Source: Octopus bimaculoides
Taxonomy: Eukaryota
DNA: 56,332 nucleotides
Direction of reading: 5' to 3'
NCBI RefSeq assembly: GCF_001194135.2
Contig: NC_068981.1
Location: 25,699,226 to 25,755,557, forward strand
The notes beneath the pieces were generated by a model that saw only the letters and a program-made list of their open reading frames with translations, ran no database searches and was not told the origin of the DNA. The position numbers and the translations under genes are program-made. Of the stretch, positions 11,237 to 23,809 are shown piece by piece. The first letter of the stretch is position 1. Each line of letters starts with the position of its first letter.

Positions 11237-11883
11237 AATCGTGCGGGTGTTAATCTGAACAATTACAGATATGTGAAAAGTACCGACCCTGCCATCTATT
11301 ATAACTTTTGTTGTTCTGTTTAATATATACATAGATTATGCCTCCAAAGAAGAGAGTTTGCTGGGGAAAGAAAGAAACCGGTTTAAAATGACAGCAACAG
11401 ACTGCAGCAATTCACCACATTCCAGAAGCTACTTTGAAGATAATGCAAAATGGTGCATCAACATTTTCTGCCCAATCTGATAGAATTCTGGCAAAACTGT
11501 GTAGCAACAGATCGCCAGCAATTGCTTCATAACAAATTGCCGTCCTAGCTCCTGCGAAAAGGGATTACCCTGCTATGTATAATCAGGGCAGCGCAAAAAT
11601 TTGTTTTGCACAAGCATTTCTATAGCCAATTAGACGGATGAAATTTATGTATGCTTAATAATGTTACGCAAAACAGCCTTCAGACTTTCCCTATTATATA
11701 TGTATGTATATACGTGCGTGCGTGTATGTATTTACATATATATATATGTTCATAACTTGCTTCTTTGCATATTTCAATGTTTAATTCGTTATTATAGAAA
11801 ATTTAATTTAACTTTTTCAGAATATTATTTTATTAATCTACCATAAACCAAGCATATCAATTAAAATCTCGGATTACAATATT

Positions 11884-11885
<2 letters not shown>

Positions 11886-11960
<75 letters not shown>

Positions 11961-11963
11961 AAT
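11886..11963. repeat. (AAT)n(GAT)n microsatellite
   Basis: Seen directly. Confidence 0.95.
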
Positions 11964-12149
11964 AAGTTCAGTTTTCAATCAATGCTAACAGGAAATTTAT
12001 TAGCAAATTACGCTTTATACGATATATAATTATAAGTAATTATTTAACATCATCGTTTTCATCTTCAACTAAATGCCAATTATGTATATCATGGAAGAAG
12101 GCATAAACTTTCAAAGATTTGTAAAAATATTGTGTGCATGTATGCATAC

Positions 12150-12590
<441 letters not shown>

Positions 12591-12820
12591 CTCCTTCCCC
12601 CCTTCTTCCTCTCATATATGCATCTGCAAAACAATAGAAATGGCTTTTCTGGTAATTTTCCACTTTAATGATTAAATGTTCGCAAAAAGTGAATTGGCTG
12701 TTTTCTTTGAACCAGTAAAATTGAATCACTAGTTTTCATGTTAGACAATAAAAATAAATGTTGCATTATAAACTTATATGTGTATATATATATGTGTATG
12801 TGTATATATGTGTATGCATG

Positions 12821-12860
<40 letters not shown>

Positions 12861-12865
12861 CGTGA

Positions 12866-12904
<39 letters not shown>

Positions 12905-13558
12905 NNNNNNNNNNAATTATACTTCACTATAAGAGGCTCCGGAAAATCTACTTGCGTTTCCTTTCTTTGTTCCCATTTTTTAATTTTTTTTTTTTTTGTG
13001 GCGGGCATGTTATTATTTCAGCCAACGCATTATAAACCAGTTAAGTTTATATCTAATAATTCAACACAATTGATCAAACATACCTAGTTATTTACGACAT
13101 TTATTACTTTCTTTTACAGTGATTATTTCTCACAACCGAAGCGTTACTTAGGCAAACGCAATTACTTCCCTTACACTAAAAATTTATGAATGACACGTAA
13201 TAATTCTCATGTACCTAACGTTTATTAATATTTAACAATTTTTTTTTTAATGTTGACCAACAGATCCTTCGCTCTCTTCTTCATATTGTAATTATATTGA
13301 AATCTTATAATTCTGGTTAAAATGTGTTCTCTTAGTTCTAAAATGAAGTGTTGTTTAATTTTCCTATTCAATGCATCCCCATGTTTTATTTCTGCATTAT
13401 AAATATAATTTATATTCGATTTTTTTTTGCATTCCCAGTACTCACTCACCCACATTGCACTTATAAATATATATACACTCACACGCACAAACACACGTGC
13501 GCGCGCACGTACACATGCATGCACACACATTTGAATAATGTATGTATGTATATATATA

Positions 13559-16500
13559 TCTATATATATATATATATAATATATAAATCCCGTATGTGTG
13601 TGTGTAAACGATTATAACGGCCGTATTTTTCAACTGATCGCCATGAAACTTTACACAGTGGGTGCGTCAGTTAAATTTCATAACATAATCGTAAGTTTCA
13701 AACTGAGATTTGCTTTTTCTTAATCAAAATTGTGATGGAAAATCCGACTTCAATAGAGCTTATTGGCCATCATTCGGTACATCACGTACGAACAACCGCT
13801 ATGTTCATCTAATCTGTATCAGAGCATTAATTGTGTTTAATAAATAAGCTGACACAAAAGAGTAAGGACACAAGACGATTATTTTGAATAAGTAAATATG
13901 AAATAAAATATTAACTTTAACGAACATATGGCACTAATTGGCGATCAATCTACTGTGTGAATATTTTCTCACAACAAAATTCAGTTGACAGTAGTAAACG
14001 ATAAATTGATAGGTAATTGAACTTTAACTAACAGTTTCATATATAAAACAAAATATTGGCGGTATTTTTCGACTTTTGCGTGACGCATTTCATGTAAAAC
14101 GTACATGCCCATTGGTTATTCTTTAATTCCATTTCTTGAAGTGAGAATATTAGTATCAACATTTAAAATCAAGAGTTATTTTTTATCAGTAAGCATAACT
14201 GAACGATATTTCGACAAATTCTTCTCATCATTTTTACGCATTTTACAGATCGAATCCATAGGTTACATTCTAAAAAACAAAAACACTATTTGGTCGGTTC
14301 TGGTAGCTTATTCATGCACAAGCCTTGCTACTTTATCGGTTAATATCGCATTTTGTCGAAATCTATATCCCATTTGAAGTTTTTCCAGGTACATAGACTT
14401 AAATAATTTTTTCTATAAAGAATTTTCAATACTTCCAAATTAATATAAGGTAATTTTAATGCTAACATTCATTTTTCCCAAAGAAAGCCCAGTTTTGACT
14501 GTTTTCATTTTCAGAGACGTCCTAGAAACCGTTTCGATTTTCACGTTCTTTTTATTTAAATTTCGCACTTAAGTGTGATATTTCTTAGAAATACTCTTTA
14601 CCTTTTGCTGTGCACTGCAGTGCACTGGTGTTTGCATCGATCGTTTACATTTTGTCACAATTGCACCTTTGGTCGATAGTATATCGATTTTCTCGAAATA
14701 CGTTCTGACCACATGTGCTTATAGATGTGAATGCTCATTCACAACTGTCCGCATTCACGTGCCATTTGGTGCTTACAATACCATTGCAAACAATTGTCCG
14801 CTTTAGTGTTGTGGAAATTTTTTGTGTTGAAATATGTTTAGTGCTTCCAAACAGCGACGAGGTACATTTAATTGATTTTTAAAAGATTTATTCAAATTAC
14901 AGATATTCGATAGGATGCCTCGAAAAAGCAAGTGTCACATTGCCAAGAAAAAAAAAGTATTCCCGTTTTGCGTTTCTTGCGGGCTAGCGAGACAGAAGAA
15001 ATATGTGTTCAGTCCCCTTACAGAGAAAATGGGGTGCTTTGTAACCGGCACTTATTAAGGGAGACATGCTACAACGCTGCCAGGCTTCGATCCTACGTTG
15101 AAGAAAGAGAAAACCTTTTGAATCCTGAACAAGCTACTGTCTATAATTCTATTTTCACAATGCTTGAAGAAACCACCGGAGGCATTCTCTTCCCTGATGT
15201 GCCAGGTAGCACAGGGAAAACATTTCTCTTCAACCACCTTCTTGCCAAAATTCGCCAACGTGGACGGATTGTCATGCAATGGTGTCTTCAAGAATAGTAT
15301 CAACACTGCTAGACAGCAGTAGAACAGTCTATTCAACATTTAAACTTCCCTTTAACGTCAGCCATGTTGAAAATTCTACCACCAATATAAACAAGAATTC
15401 TGAAATTCAAATTGATTATCTGGGACGAGGCAACAATGTCCCACAAGAATGCACTTAATGCAATCAACACAACGCTACAAGACCTGCGCTCCAACTCTAA
15501 ACGTTCGGTGGCGTCGTTATTCCTCCTGCTGGGGACTTTCGTCAAACCCTTCCTATTATCCCAAAAGGCACACCAGCTGATGAATTAAACGCTTGCCTTA
15601 AAAGTTCTCTTCTATCCAGTCGAGAATGTTAAGCATAAATATGCGCTCCATTTTCCACCAACAAGACGGTGACAATTCCTTTGCTTCAAAGTTATTGGAT
15701 GTCGGTAATGGAAGCTTACCGCTCGACGTAAACGGTTTGGCTGACATAAGTACCATCGGTAACTACGTCTTCATCTCTGAGGTGCTATGCACAACAGTTT
15801 ATCCCAACCTATCTACCAATTACGTCAGCCATGAATGGATGTGTGAAAAAGCCATCTTAGCTCCAACAAATGCTACCATCCAAACCCTAAATACATTTCT
15901 GCTTCGTCAACTTCCTACCCAAGAGCGATGCTATACTTCGGTTGATTCATTTACTGAGCCAACACAAATAACATTTTTCTCAACAAACTTTTTAAACTCA
16001 CAAGATTCGTCGGGATTGCCACCACATAAACTTAGCCTTAAACTTGGTTGTCCTACTATATTCTTGAGAAATTTGAACCCTCCTCGGCTTTGCGATGGCA
16101 CACGTTTGGCTGTTAAGTAAATGTTGGATATCGTTCTCGAATCCACAATCATCACAGGTAAAGGCACTGGCGAGTCTATTTTAATTCCCGGAGATACACT
16201 TACTCCTACTGACTGTGTCTTTCCGATGAAAAGAGTTCAATTCCCTATTCGATTAAGCTTTGCTATGACCATTAACAAACCGATAGGCAGTCACTAAAAG
16301 TGGTTGGGCTGGATAAAGATACATCATGCTTATCACACGGACAGCTGTACGTTGGGCGTTATAGAGTTGCAAACTCGGTCAATCTCTTCTTCTACACTCC
16401 CGATTGACAGAAAACGTGGTTTACAAGGCAGCCCTCCAATAGTTTTTCCGTTGAGTTGGAAGCCTTTTCAAGTTGACCTTATTGCGCTTATTTACTCCTC

Positions 16501-16892
16501 ACAATAGGTTATGTTAATCTTCCAACAAATGGCCATTGTTAAAATCAAGCATTTTTTTTTTTTTCATTTCAATGCACAGATGCCTCAGGTAATTTCATAT
16601 TGTTATGAAACATGTTTCTTACAGATTGCTATCATGTCCATAGCAATGTCGTTTATGCTTTTTGTACCGTTTGTTCAGCCATCCACTCTAATAAACGGCA
16701 TTCCGAACGATAATGTTCCATTTTTTTCACATTTTAATGTTAGATATCTGCAAATAAAACATGTTCCTTTTTGAATACCAGCTCATTTTTTATTTTCTGT
16801 CTCGACTACGTCAAATAATCCTCTATTTTAAGCATAGAGAGAAGCGGAATTACGCTATTTTAGACTCCAGTTCTATCACGAACGTTTGCTAG
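13559..16892 (+). mobile_element. Helitron, internally deleted (PIF1 helicase present, no Rep seen)
   Basis: A|TCTATATA... at 13559; CTAG|T at 16889-16892 preceded by a degenerate GTTC-N6-GAAC palindrome; helicase motifs inside. Confidence 0.7.
14990..16430 (+). pseudogene. Helitron PIF1-family helicase, frameshifted
   Basis: LNPEQ..VY / DVPGSTGKTFL (Walker A) / TLL..SRTVYSTFKLPL / LIIWDEATM (Walker B) / FGGVV..AGDFRQTLPI / ILAPTN / GLPPHKLSLKLG...RNLNPPRLCDGTRL / QFPIRLSFAMTINK. Confidence 0.93.
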
Positions 16893-16942
16893 TATATATA
16901 TGCATATATGCTTGTATGTTTATATATATATATATATATATT

Positions 16943-17125
16943 CACCATGATAGATCGCTGACCACTACACATATATTTTTTTCTCTCCTTGTTTCTCTCC
17001 TTGTTTCTTACCCTGTTCCTTTCTGTTGAAGAGCGTAGGCTCAAAACGTTAAAGACTTTCTCTATTCCCGAGCGTTATACTAATACATCCATTTGTTGTT
17101 TACACCACCTGTCTTCGTCTGTTGT
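16943..17125 (+). mobile_element. Penelope-like terminal repeat fragment (family A)
   Basis: CCATGATAGA.CGCT.ACCACTACAC...CTGTTGAAGAGCGTAGGCTC.AAACGTT...TACACCACCTGTC, matching the reverse complement of 10584-10745. Confidence 0.65.
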
Positions 17126-17220
17126 TTTTTTTTTCGTAAATTCTCCCATATATATANNNNNNNNNNNNNNNNNNNNNNNNNNNNNNNNNNNNNNNNNNNN
17201 NNNNNNNNNNNNNNNNNNNN

Positions 17221-17253
<33 letters not shown>

Positions 17254-17290
17254 GTGTGTGTGTGTGTGTGTATACACATATACAAATACG

Positions 17291-18014
17291 TATAAATTAG
17301 TGTACTTTTCTATACACAAAAGAGGTGATAAGAGTAATTTCAAAGGGAATAAAAAATAAAAACATTTCAATAGTTACCACATGTACTCGAGTTATGACAT
17401 CAATGAACAAATAAAATAATTTGCCATCCGTGTCTCACCAGCGTGGGCGCTATAATTAATGTTTATTTGTGGAACACTGAAGACACGCATGTTCCATCTA
17501 TATAGATTTTAATTTTACAAATCCACCTCGCAAGCGCAGCTACAATCGACAGCAACTACAAATTACGTACCAACGTTCTTCGTACACTAATTTATATGAA
17601 AAATATGTTGTCTATTGATTCTATTGCGCATGTTGGCCAGTGGTAGAATATTTCTCTAAATTTTCTACCCTAAATATTTCCATAGTAAAATTTTTCGCAA
17701 TTTTGAAGAACGTTGGTATGTAACATTTGCTGCTGATTGCAGCTGCGCTTGCGCGGTGGATTTGAAAAGTTATAATGTATATAAATGGAACATGTGTGTC
17801 TTCAGTGTTCCACAAATATACATTAATTATAGCGTCCATGCTAATGAGACATCGATGGCAATTTATTTTATTTGCTTATTGATGTCATAACTCGATTTCC
17901 ATTCCCTTTGAAATTACTCTTATCCGTGGTTTGGGTTTTAACTGCACTTTTCAGCAAATAAGGTGTCCTGTTAGGGTCACCACTTTTGTATATAGAAATG
18001 TACATTAGTTTATA
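17291..18014. repeat. Long imperfect palindrome (arms 17291-17581 and 17705-18014)
   Basis: For example CGAGTTATGACATC...CCAACGTTCTTC is the reverse complement of GAAGAACGTTGG...GATGTCATAACTCG; the spacer is directly duplicated at ~18000-18080. Confidence 0.9.
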
Positions 18015-18080
18015 TGAAAAATATGTTGTCTATTGACTCTATTACGCATGCTGGCCACTAGTAGAATATTTCTCTAAATA

Positions 18081-18965
18081 CGAAGAGGTACCCAAATGTA
18101 ACCGGAAACGTTCTTTGTAGGGCAAACCCATTATAGCTCAGGCTTCCGCCGCTAGAAGCCAGTTGATGCAACCATCAGGCATCAATCTGCCGACTGGCAC
18201 CTTTGGCTAGAGTCGTACTGCCACGTGGTGCGTCTTTGTTTTGCAGTACTTCTCTCTTCTTCGTCGATTTTTGCGATGGCTGAAACGAAGGAACAACGTG
18301 CTTTCGTGAAACTTTGTTTTCCAATGGAGTAAACAATAAGCGAAATAGTTGTCATACCTCAAAACAGCTCACAAGGACTCTAACATGAACAAAACACTAG
18401 CTTACGACTGGTTTCTACGCTTTAAGAATAGTCATTCATCGTTTGAGGACCAACCTCGTTCAAGATGACCATCGTCCTCCCGAAGGATTGAACACATCAC
18501 GAAAATTCATGAACTGATTTTGCAGGACCGTCGCCGAAGAATTGACGCACTTGTTGATATGACTAGTGTGTCCTAGAGCTCCCCCAAAAGAACTTTGAAC
18601 CCGGAATTGCTAATGAAGTGAGTTGCAGCAAAACTTGTGCCTCGCTTGGTCACGGAAGATCAAAAGCGACCACGACTGAATGCGCATCATGAACTGAAAG
18701 AACAATTGGAAGTTGGTTCGGACCTTTTTACGAAGGTCATCACTGGTGAGGAAAGCTGGTGCTGCGGAATTTGTAGATGTAGAAAAGGTGAAGAAAAATA
18801 CGACAGAGGCATTAAAAGAGTTCTAGCACTGCTTCGAATAGTGGAAAACGCATCCTGACACGTTGCTGCAAATGGCGAATACTTTGAAGGCGATAAAAGT
18901 GTGAATATGCAAGACTAAGCGAATAAGATAATGTAAAATTCCGGCTTCTTTTGCGTACCTCCAAG
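18081..18965 (+). mobile_element. mariner-family DNA transposon, internally deleted
   Basis: TA-flanked imperfect TIRs (CGAAGAGGTACCCAAATGTAACCGGAA / rc CTTGGAGGTACGCAAAAGAAGCCGGAA); decayed transposase from 18276: MAETKEQRAFVKLCF...EDQPRS...VPRLVTEDQK...KVITGEESW, then it jumps to ...GEYFEGD. Confidence 0.92.
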
Positions 18966-19499
18966 TATATATTTGTGTTGCTTCCATATGTATCGATTTG
19001 TAATTAGATAAGTATAAATATGTGCATATTTATGCAATGGTATTCGCCAGTACATATCTGAGTACAGTGACTTCTTAGATGCTGACGGTACTTCTTAGGA
19101 AAGTTTTCTTGTACTTCATGACTTCTGGGATAAGACTTCATTTCAGTCTTAAGTGAAATGAGTCTGTAATTCTTTTGACTCATGTCACTGGTTAGCTTTC
19201 GTAGTTTTTTGCTGACATTAGAGCATAATCTGCTGCTCAAGAAAACAAAATCAAGCAGCTTATTGTAGTGATGTTAACATGAGTTAAAAATCAAGCAAAT
19301 TATATACTATGTTAACGCACGATGTTAACGCATGTTAACGCACGGTTCCACTCACAAACAACTAAGCCATTCTTTGAAGGTACACAACATTTTTGATTTT
19401 CATTTGATCTGATTTGTACACTTGTTAGGATCTTCTATTGAAATGAGGAAGGTTAGACTAATACCACTGATTTTTTTTTTGAACCATTGTAAATCAACA

Positions 19500-20700
19500 C
19501 CAGCAGGAAAAACATGAGAAGGAAAGGTATTCTAAAATGGTGACTTTCTGGAAAGAAATAACTACTGGGTGTGGAGGTACGTGACTGACCTGGGTATGTG
19601 TAGATAAAACAAGTGTGAGTAAAGAGAATAGACGAGGGAATCGGACGTGTCAGAATGGCTGTAATTTGTGACAAGCCAAATTTGAAGAGTCACTGCCATT
19701 TTAGTAACGGTAGGAAAGACAGCGAGAGGACACAGCAAGCTTGAGGGGTGTTAATGTATGCAATAACATCATCACTGATGAAGGAGTAATATGACATTGT
19801 ACGTCTAACTTGAGCCTAGGTGGAAAGTAACAATAATTGTTGGAAACTAATTGTTCTGAAGAAAAATCTCAGCCATTGTGACTCGGTCTTAATTAATGTT
19901 AAAGATGTGTTTTCGCTTGAAAACAGTAGCTGGACTATATTAAGTTCTGATATTTAGAAGGATTGTAGGTTTTCTTGCTGCTAGATGCTCATATGTACGA
20001 ATGGTGTCATGCAAGAAATGAGACGTTTTAGTACAACCGTTTTAGCACCGTTTGTTGGGCGTCGCTGGTTCGACGCTGACATCAGACGTTATAATACTTA
20101 TCTTGTTTTTCTTCTGTCTCATCTCCTCCCTCTCTCTCTCTCCTGCTATTCTCGTGAGTAACCATGCTTCTCTTCGTGTGTATGAGGAGAGGGAGAGTGG
20201 TTATGCTAATAATAATGTTAATAAATTGTAATGCCTTTCTTATCATACCGCGCTCTCTCACTCTTCATATCTTATCATCCCCGCTCTCTCCCTCTTCATA
20301 TGTACATTTCTTTGCGCGTGCAGTGCATGCGTGCATAAGTGTGTGCCTGTCTCCAGCGCCAAGAGGACAATGACAAAAATAGGTTACATATTCTGTCAGC
20401 CGTACCAAATCGGATGTGTCCAAAACTGCACCAAGTCATCTTATTCTATGTGATGAGACGATGTCTCCTTCTATATCAGTAGCATTTGCGTTTTCTTGAT
20501 TTTGTAAGAGGCGGGTTCACAAATCCTATCTGGAGCATGCCTTTTAGGTTTCTGTTCAGAAAATTGGTGCATATTTTACGAGGGGCATCTAGTTCACGCA
20601 TAGAAGATGCATGGTTAGCTAAAGTTAGAGAAGAATGAAGTGCAGTATTATTTGCGTAAGCGTAGGTTAGTCGTGATGGTAAGTAGATCACTTTTGCGTA
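19500..20700 (-). mobile_element. Old CR1-group LINE RT 3' half, interrupted at 20005-20375
   Basis: YAYANNTALHSS (decayed YADDxxLH), LGAVL..SDL, AQVRRTMSY, LTPL...SSRCLSYRY*NGSDSSNLA are collinear on the minus strand. Confidence 0.6.
20005..20375. mobile_element. Solo-LTR-like insertion
   Basis: TGTCAT...ATGACA terminal inverted hexamers, internal AATAAA, splits the LINE above; no TSD found. Confidence 0.35.
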
Positions 20701-21094
20701 AAAGGCAGATAGTGGAGGACAAAGCTAAATCACGGATCACACGGAATTTCAAAGATAAATTTTTCCGTTAATATACGATTCGTCAACGTGAGTCGATAGC
20801 AGGCTAACGATGCAAGCGATGTGAAACAAGTGGTGACTATAGGCCAAAATTTTATCCTATGATAAACAAAAGATTTATCGTAGGATAGCCTTTAATTTAC
20901 TAAATTTCTCGAAGTTGATAGCCCACTGATGCATGACATAGGATTTCTAGTCAGGTACTTATTTGTGGAATTCTGTTTGAACAGGTTAAACATATCTATC
21001 ATTCAAGAAAATAAATTAGGCTAATTATCAGAGGCTGCTATTTATTGGCGTTATTGGCATAGAATAAAAGACATCAAAAGAACAAAAGAAAATT

Positions 21095-21453
21095 ATTTTG
21101 CAATAAAAACATTTTTAATATAAAAAATATACACATAAATTATTGTTTCAAATATAAATTACATAAAAGTATAATATCGAAAATATAGTTGAATAATATT
21201 TGCAATACAAAGTTTAGAGTTTTCTTTCCTTTTTTTTTTAAGTAGGCATAAGCCTAAAACTCGAGTACTTAACTGTTATTTATTTTATTAAGTCCAGTGT
21301 GATTTAAATTAGGTGAATAAAGGTACGCAATTTACTCAGCAATGCATTTTCTCCGTCACTCAAGCGATTCTGTCAACCCACCTTCACTACTTTAAAGCAA
21401 AATTCGAATAAGATTGAAAAAAGATATGAAGTTTATTATAAACGAAAAACTTC
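21095..21453 (-). promoter_or_regulatory. Putative IL-17 3' UTR with AUUUA pentamers and poly(A) signals
   Basis: Minus-strand ATTTA near 21305, 21155 and 21137; AATAAA near 21435 and 21280; ATTAAA near 21117 followed by a U/GU-rich tract. Confidence 0.45.
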
Positions 21454-22026
21454 TTAGTACACGTATTCATCACTATTATAATTATTATCATTTTTCTCAT
21501 AACCAGCTACTAAAGATATAACCGAAGCGCATACACAGGCAGTTGGCACATCAATTTCTGTCGGTTTAAAGACGTATAGTCCATCTATACACTGGTTTGT
21601 TCGTTTTAGGACTGGTGCTTTGGTAAAAACTTGAACACACTGAAATATGGAAGAAGATCCATTGCACGTTTTGCAGCTACATACAGCTTCAGCTCTATTA
21701 GAAGGGTAAACGGTTGAATCATTTACATAAACGATAGTCCAAGGACAAGTGGAAACCTTGCTGAGAACTTTACTTTCGTTGTTGGGAACAATTAAATTTA
21801 TTTCTTTTGATTCCATTGTAAATTTAGGGGTGTGAGAGAAAAACAGAGTCTCACTTGATGCGTTAGTGAGTCGCTTATACTGAATCATTAAGTCACTTGG
21901 AACTTCACATGGGTCTGAAGTTGGTTTTGCGTATATCAAAGATATGATGTATGCAAACAAAATAGCCTTCGTATAAGAGCAAGTCTGAAAAGAAACAAGC
22001 ACAACATATAGTTTATTTATAAACAT
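21454..22026 (-). CDS. IL17: Interleukin-17-like cytokine (IL-17 cystine-knot family)
   Basis: Uninterrupted 190-aa ORF with hydrophobic AILFAYIISLIYA signal-like segment, then STCPW...YP..RAEAVCSCKTC...CVQV....VLKR..QCIDGLY......VPTACVC, the IL-17 signature. The first 14 codons end in TTGTTTCTTTTCAG and may be intronic (exon start 21984). Confidence 0.93.
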   Translation of the reverse strand: MFINKLYVVLVSFQTCSYTKAILFAYIISLIYAKPTSDPCEVPSDLMIQYKRLTNASSETLFFSHTPKFTMESKEINLIVPNNESKVLSKVSTCPWTIVYVNDSTVYPSNRAEAVCSCKTCNGSSSIFQCVQVFTKAPVLKRTNQCIDGLYVFKPTEIDVPTACVCASVISLVAGYEKNDNNYNSDEYVY

Positions 22027-23529
22027 AATAGAACTTATTCATTTTGTTCATTACAGTTTTATTATTCGAATCGATATTAATATTTTCGTAGATGAAATAG
22101 TCATTATTATTAGCAGGATGCATAAAAATTTCATTGTTATTTGGAAACTAAAAAATGGCTGAAGGTACCACAGAACTATAAATTATATAATTCTTTTGAA
22201 ATAATATACTTTTCAGGAGGTTTTATTCTAGAGTAAATGACGTGGTGAAAACAAAGTGCGGACTTAAGAGACATGGTCAGTGAAATCTATATTCCTTGTC
22301 GCCGTAGACCAACCTCCCAAGATCATTCTCTATTAATTTTAATCTCAACGCTAAGAAGTAAAGAGACTTTAAAAAAGAACTATATACAATTGATCATGAT
22401 TTAAGCTGTTGAAAATGTGTTGAAAGTACAGAGCAAATGCTTTAAACAATTTTAACTAGGGATCGAAATCAAAAACATTATTGTTGGTATTATATAAGTT
22501 TCACAACTAATTTCTTTAAATGCCGTTTCAGCTTACATACACATGCGTTTAGGTACAAATGATTACGTTATTCAACTATATAAACTAAGCACATTTTTAA
22601 TCTTAACTCGTTGAATACATACAATATACAATCTACAGTGGGACATCACAACAGCAGCCTCTTCTTACATTGCAAAGTGTGAATATTTTGCTGTACTGAA
22701 GTCCTACATATTTTATCAGGTAAAAGTAAATTACATAACGTACAGAAGGAATGCTTTATTTTGTGCAAACATATATTTTTGAAGTCGTCTAAATTTTATA
22801 AACACATTTTTAGGTAAGTAAATATGTAAATTATAGTTGAGTCCGTTCTTTCGATTGAATATAAGTTTATGATATATGGCCATAGTTAGCAAGATATATT
22901 CTACTACAAAAATATAGAGAAACTTTTCAAATGACTTGCTTAAAGTTTCTTCATCCTCGAGTTTCTTCCACCACAGCCTCGAAGACAGCTGTGGAACATA
23001 GCTCGTGCTCTCCTGACTGTGTCCCAGTGAAGATCTTTGAACATCTTGATCTGACGAGCAAAATTGCTTTCTTAGGTTTATGTGCTATCCTACCGTAGCA
23101 TTGTTAACCATTCAAAATAAGTAGCGAGCTATGTTGTAAGCAGTCACAGCGCCAACTGAAGAAAGTAACGGTAGGTTGTAAGCTGACTTATTGCAAAGAG
23201 AAGAATCAATATGACTTACTCATACCGTATTAACTTATTACATAAAGAATACGGGGGGATAATGTTGTCCTAGATATGGTCATAAATGTAACGTTATTGA
23301 TCGTATATCTGGGTAACAATCTCCAGCCCGCCTAGTTCTCTGTTATAATCATACCGAACAGCTATATGTCTGCTAAAACAATACTATAAGATGATCTTAA
23401 ACCTTGAATGTATTTGTCCAAACAAAATGTAAACGCATAATATAATGAGAAAAATAATTGCATCAATAACTTTATTCATTCTACAAGAAACTCTCTCCTC
23501 ACTTTCTATTTATATATATATAATGTATA

Positions 23530-23636
23530 TATGCATATTTGTATGTATGTATGTATGCATGTATGTATGTATGTATGTATGTATGTATGTGTGTGTGTAT
23601 GTATGTATGTATGTATGTATGTATGCATGTATGTAT
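23530..23636. repeat. (TATG)n microsatellite
   Basis: Seen directly. Confidence 0.95.
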
Positions 23637-23809
23637 GATAACAAATAGAAACATGTAGCATATTGTGCACCTCCACCGAGCCTACAATCATAATCTAGTG
23701 GAAAACAAATGTAGTATGAAGAGAGGGGGAAAATTACCATACTCTCACTCGTCACTGCTCAGAAAAGCAATAAACGACTATATGAATGTGTACGCAATAT
23801 ATTCCTTCA

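Noticed and set aside
11338-11532. pogo/psq-type HTH remnant (AAIHHIPEATL)
   Set aside because: The similarity is too short, there is an in-frame stop, and no TIRs or DDE region were recognised.
19300-19345. Tandem TGTTAACGCA(C) repeats as transposon subterminal motifs
   Set aside because: No matching opposite end or TSD was found.
22051-22134. Hydrophobic 27-aa ORF as the IL-17 signal-peptide exon
   Set aside because: Its only plausible donor is phase 2, incompatible with the phase-0 acceptor; the IL-17 exon has its own hydrophobic segment; AT-rich DNA yields such peptides by chance.
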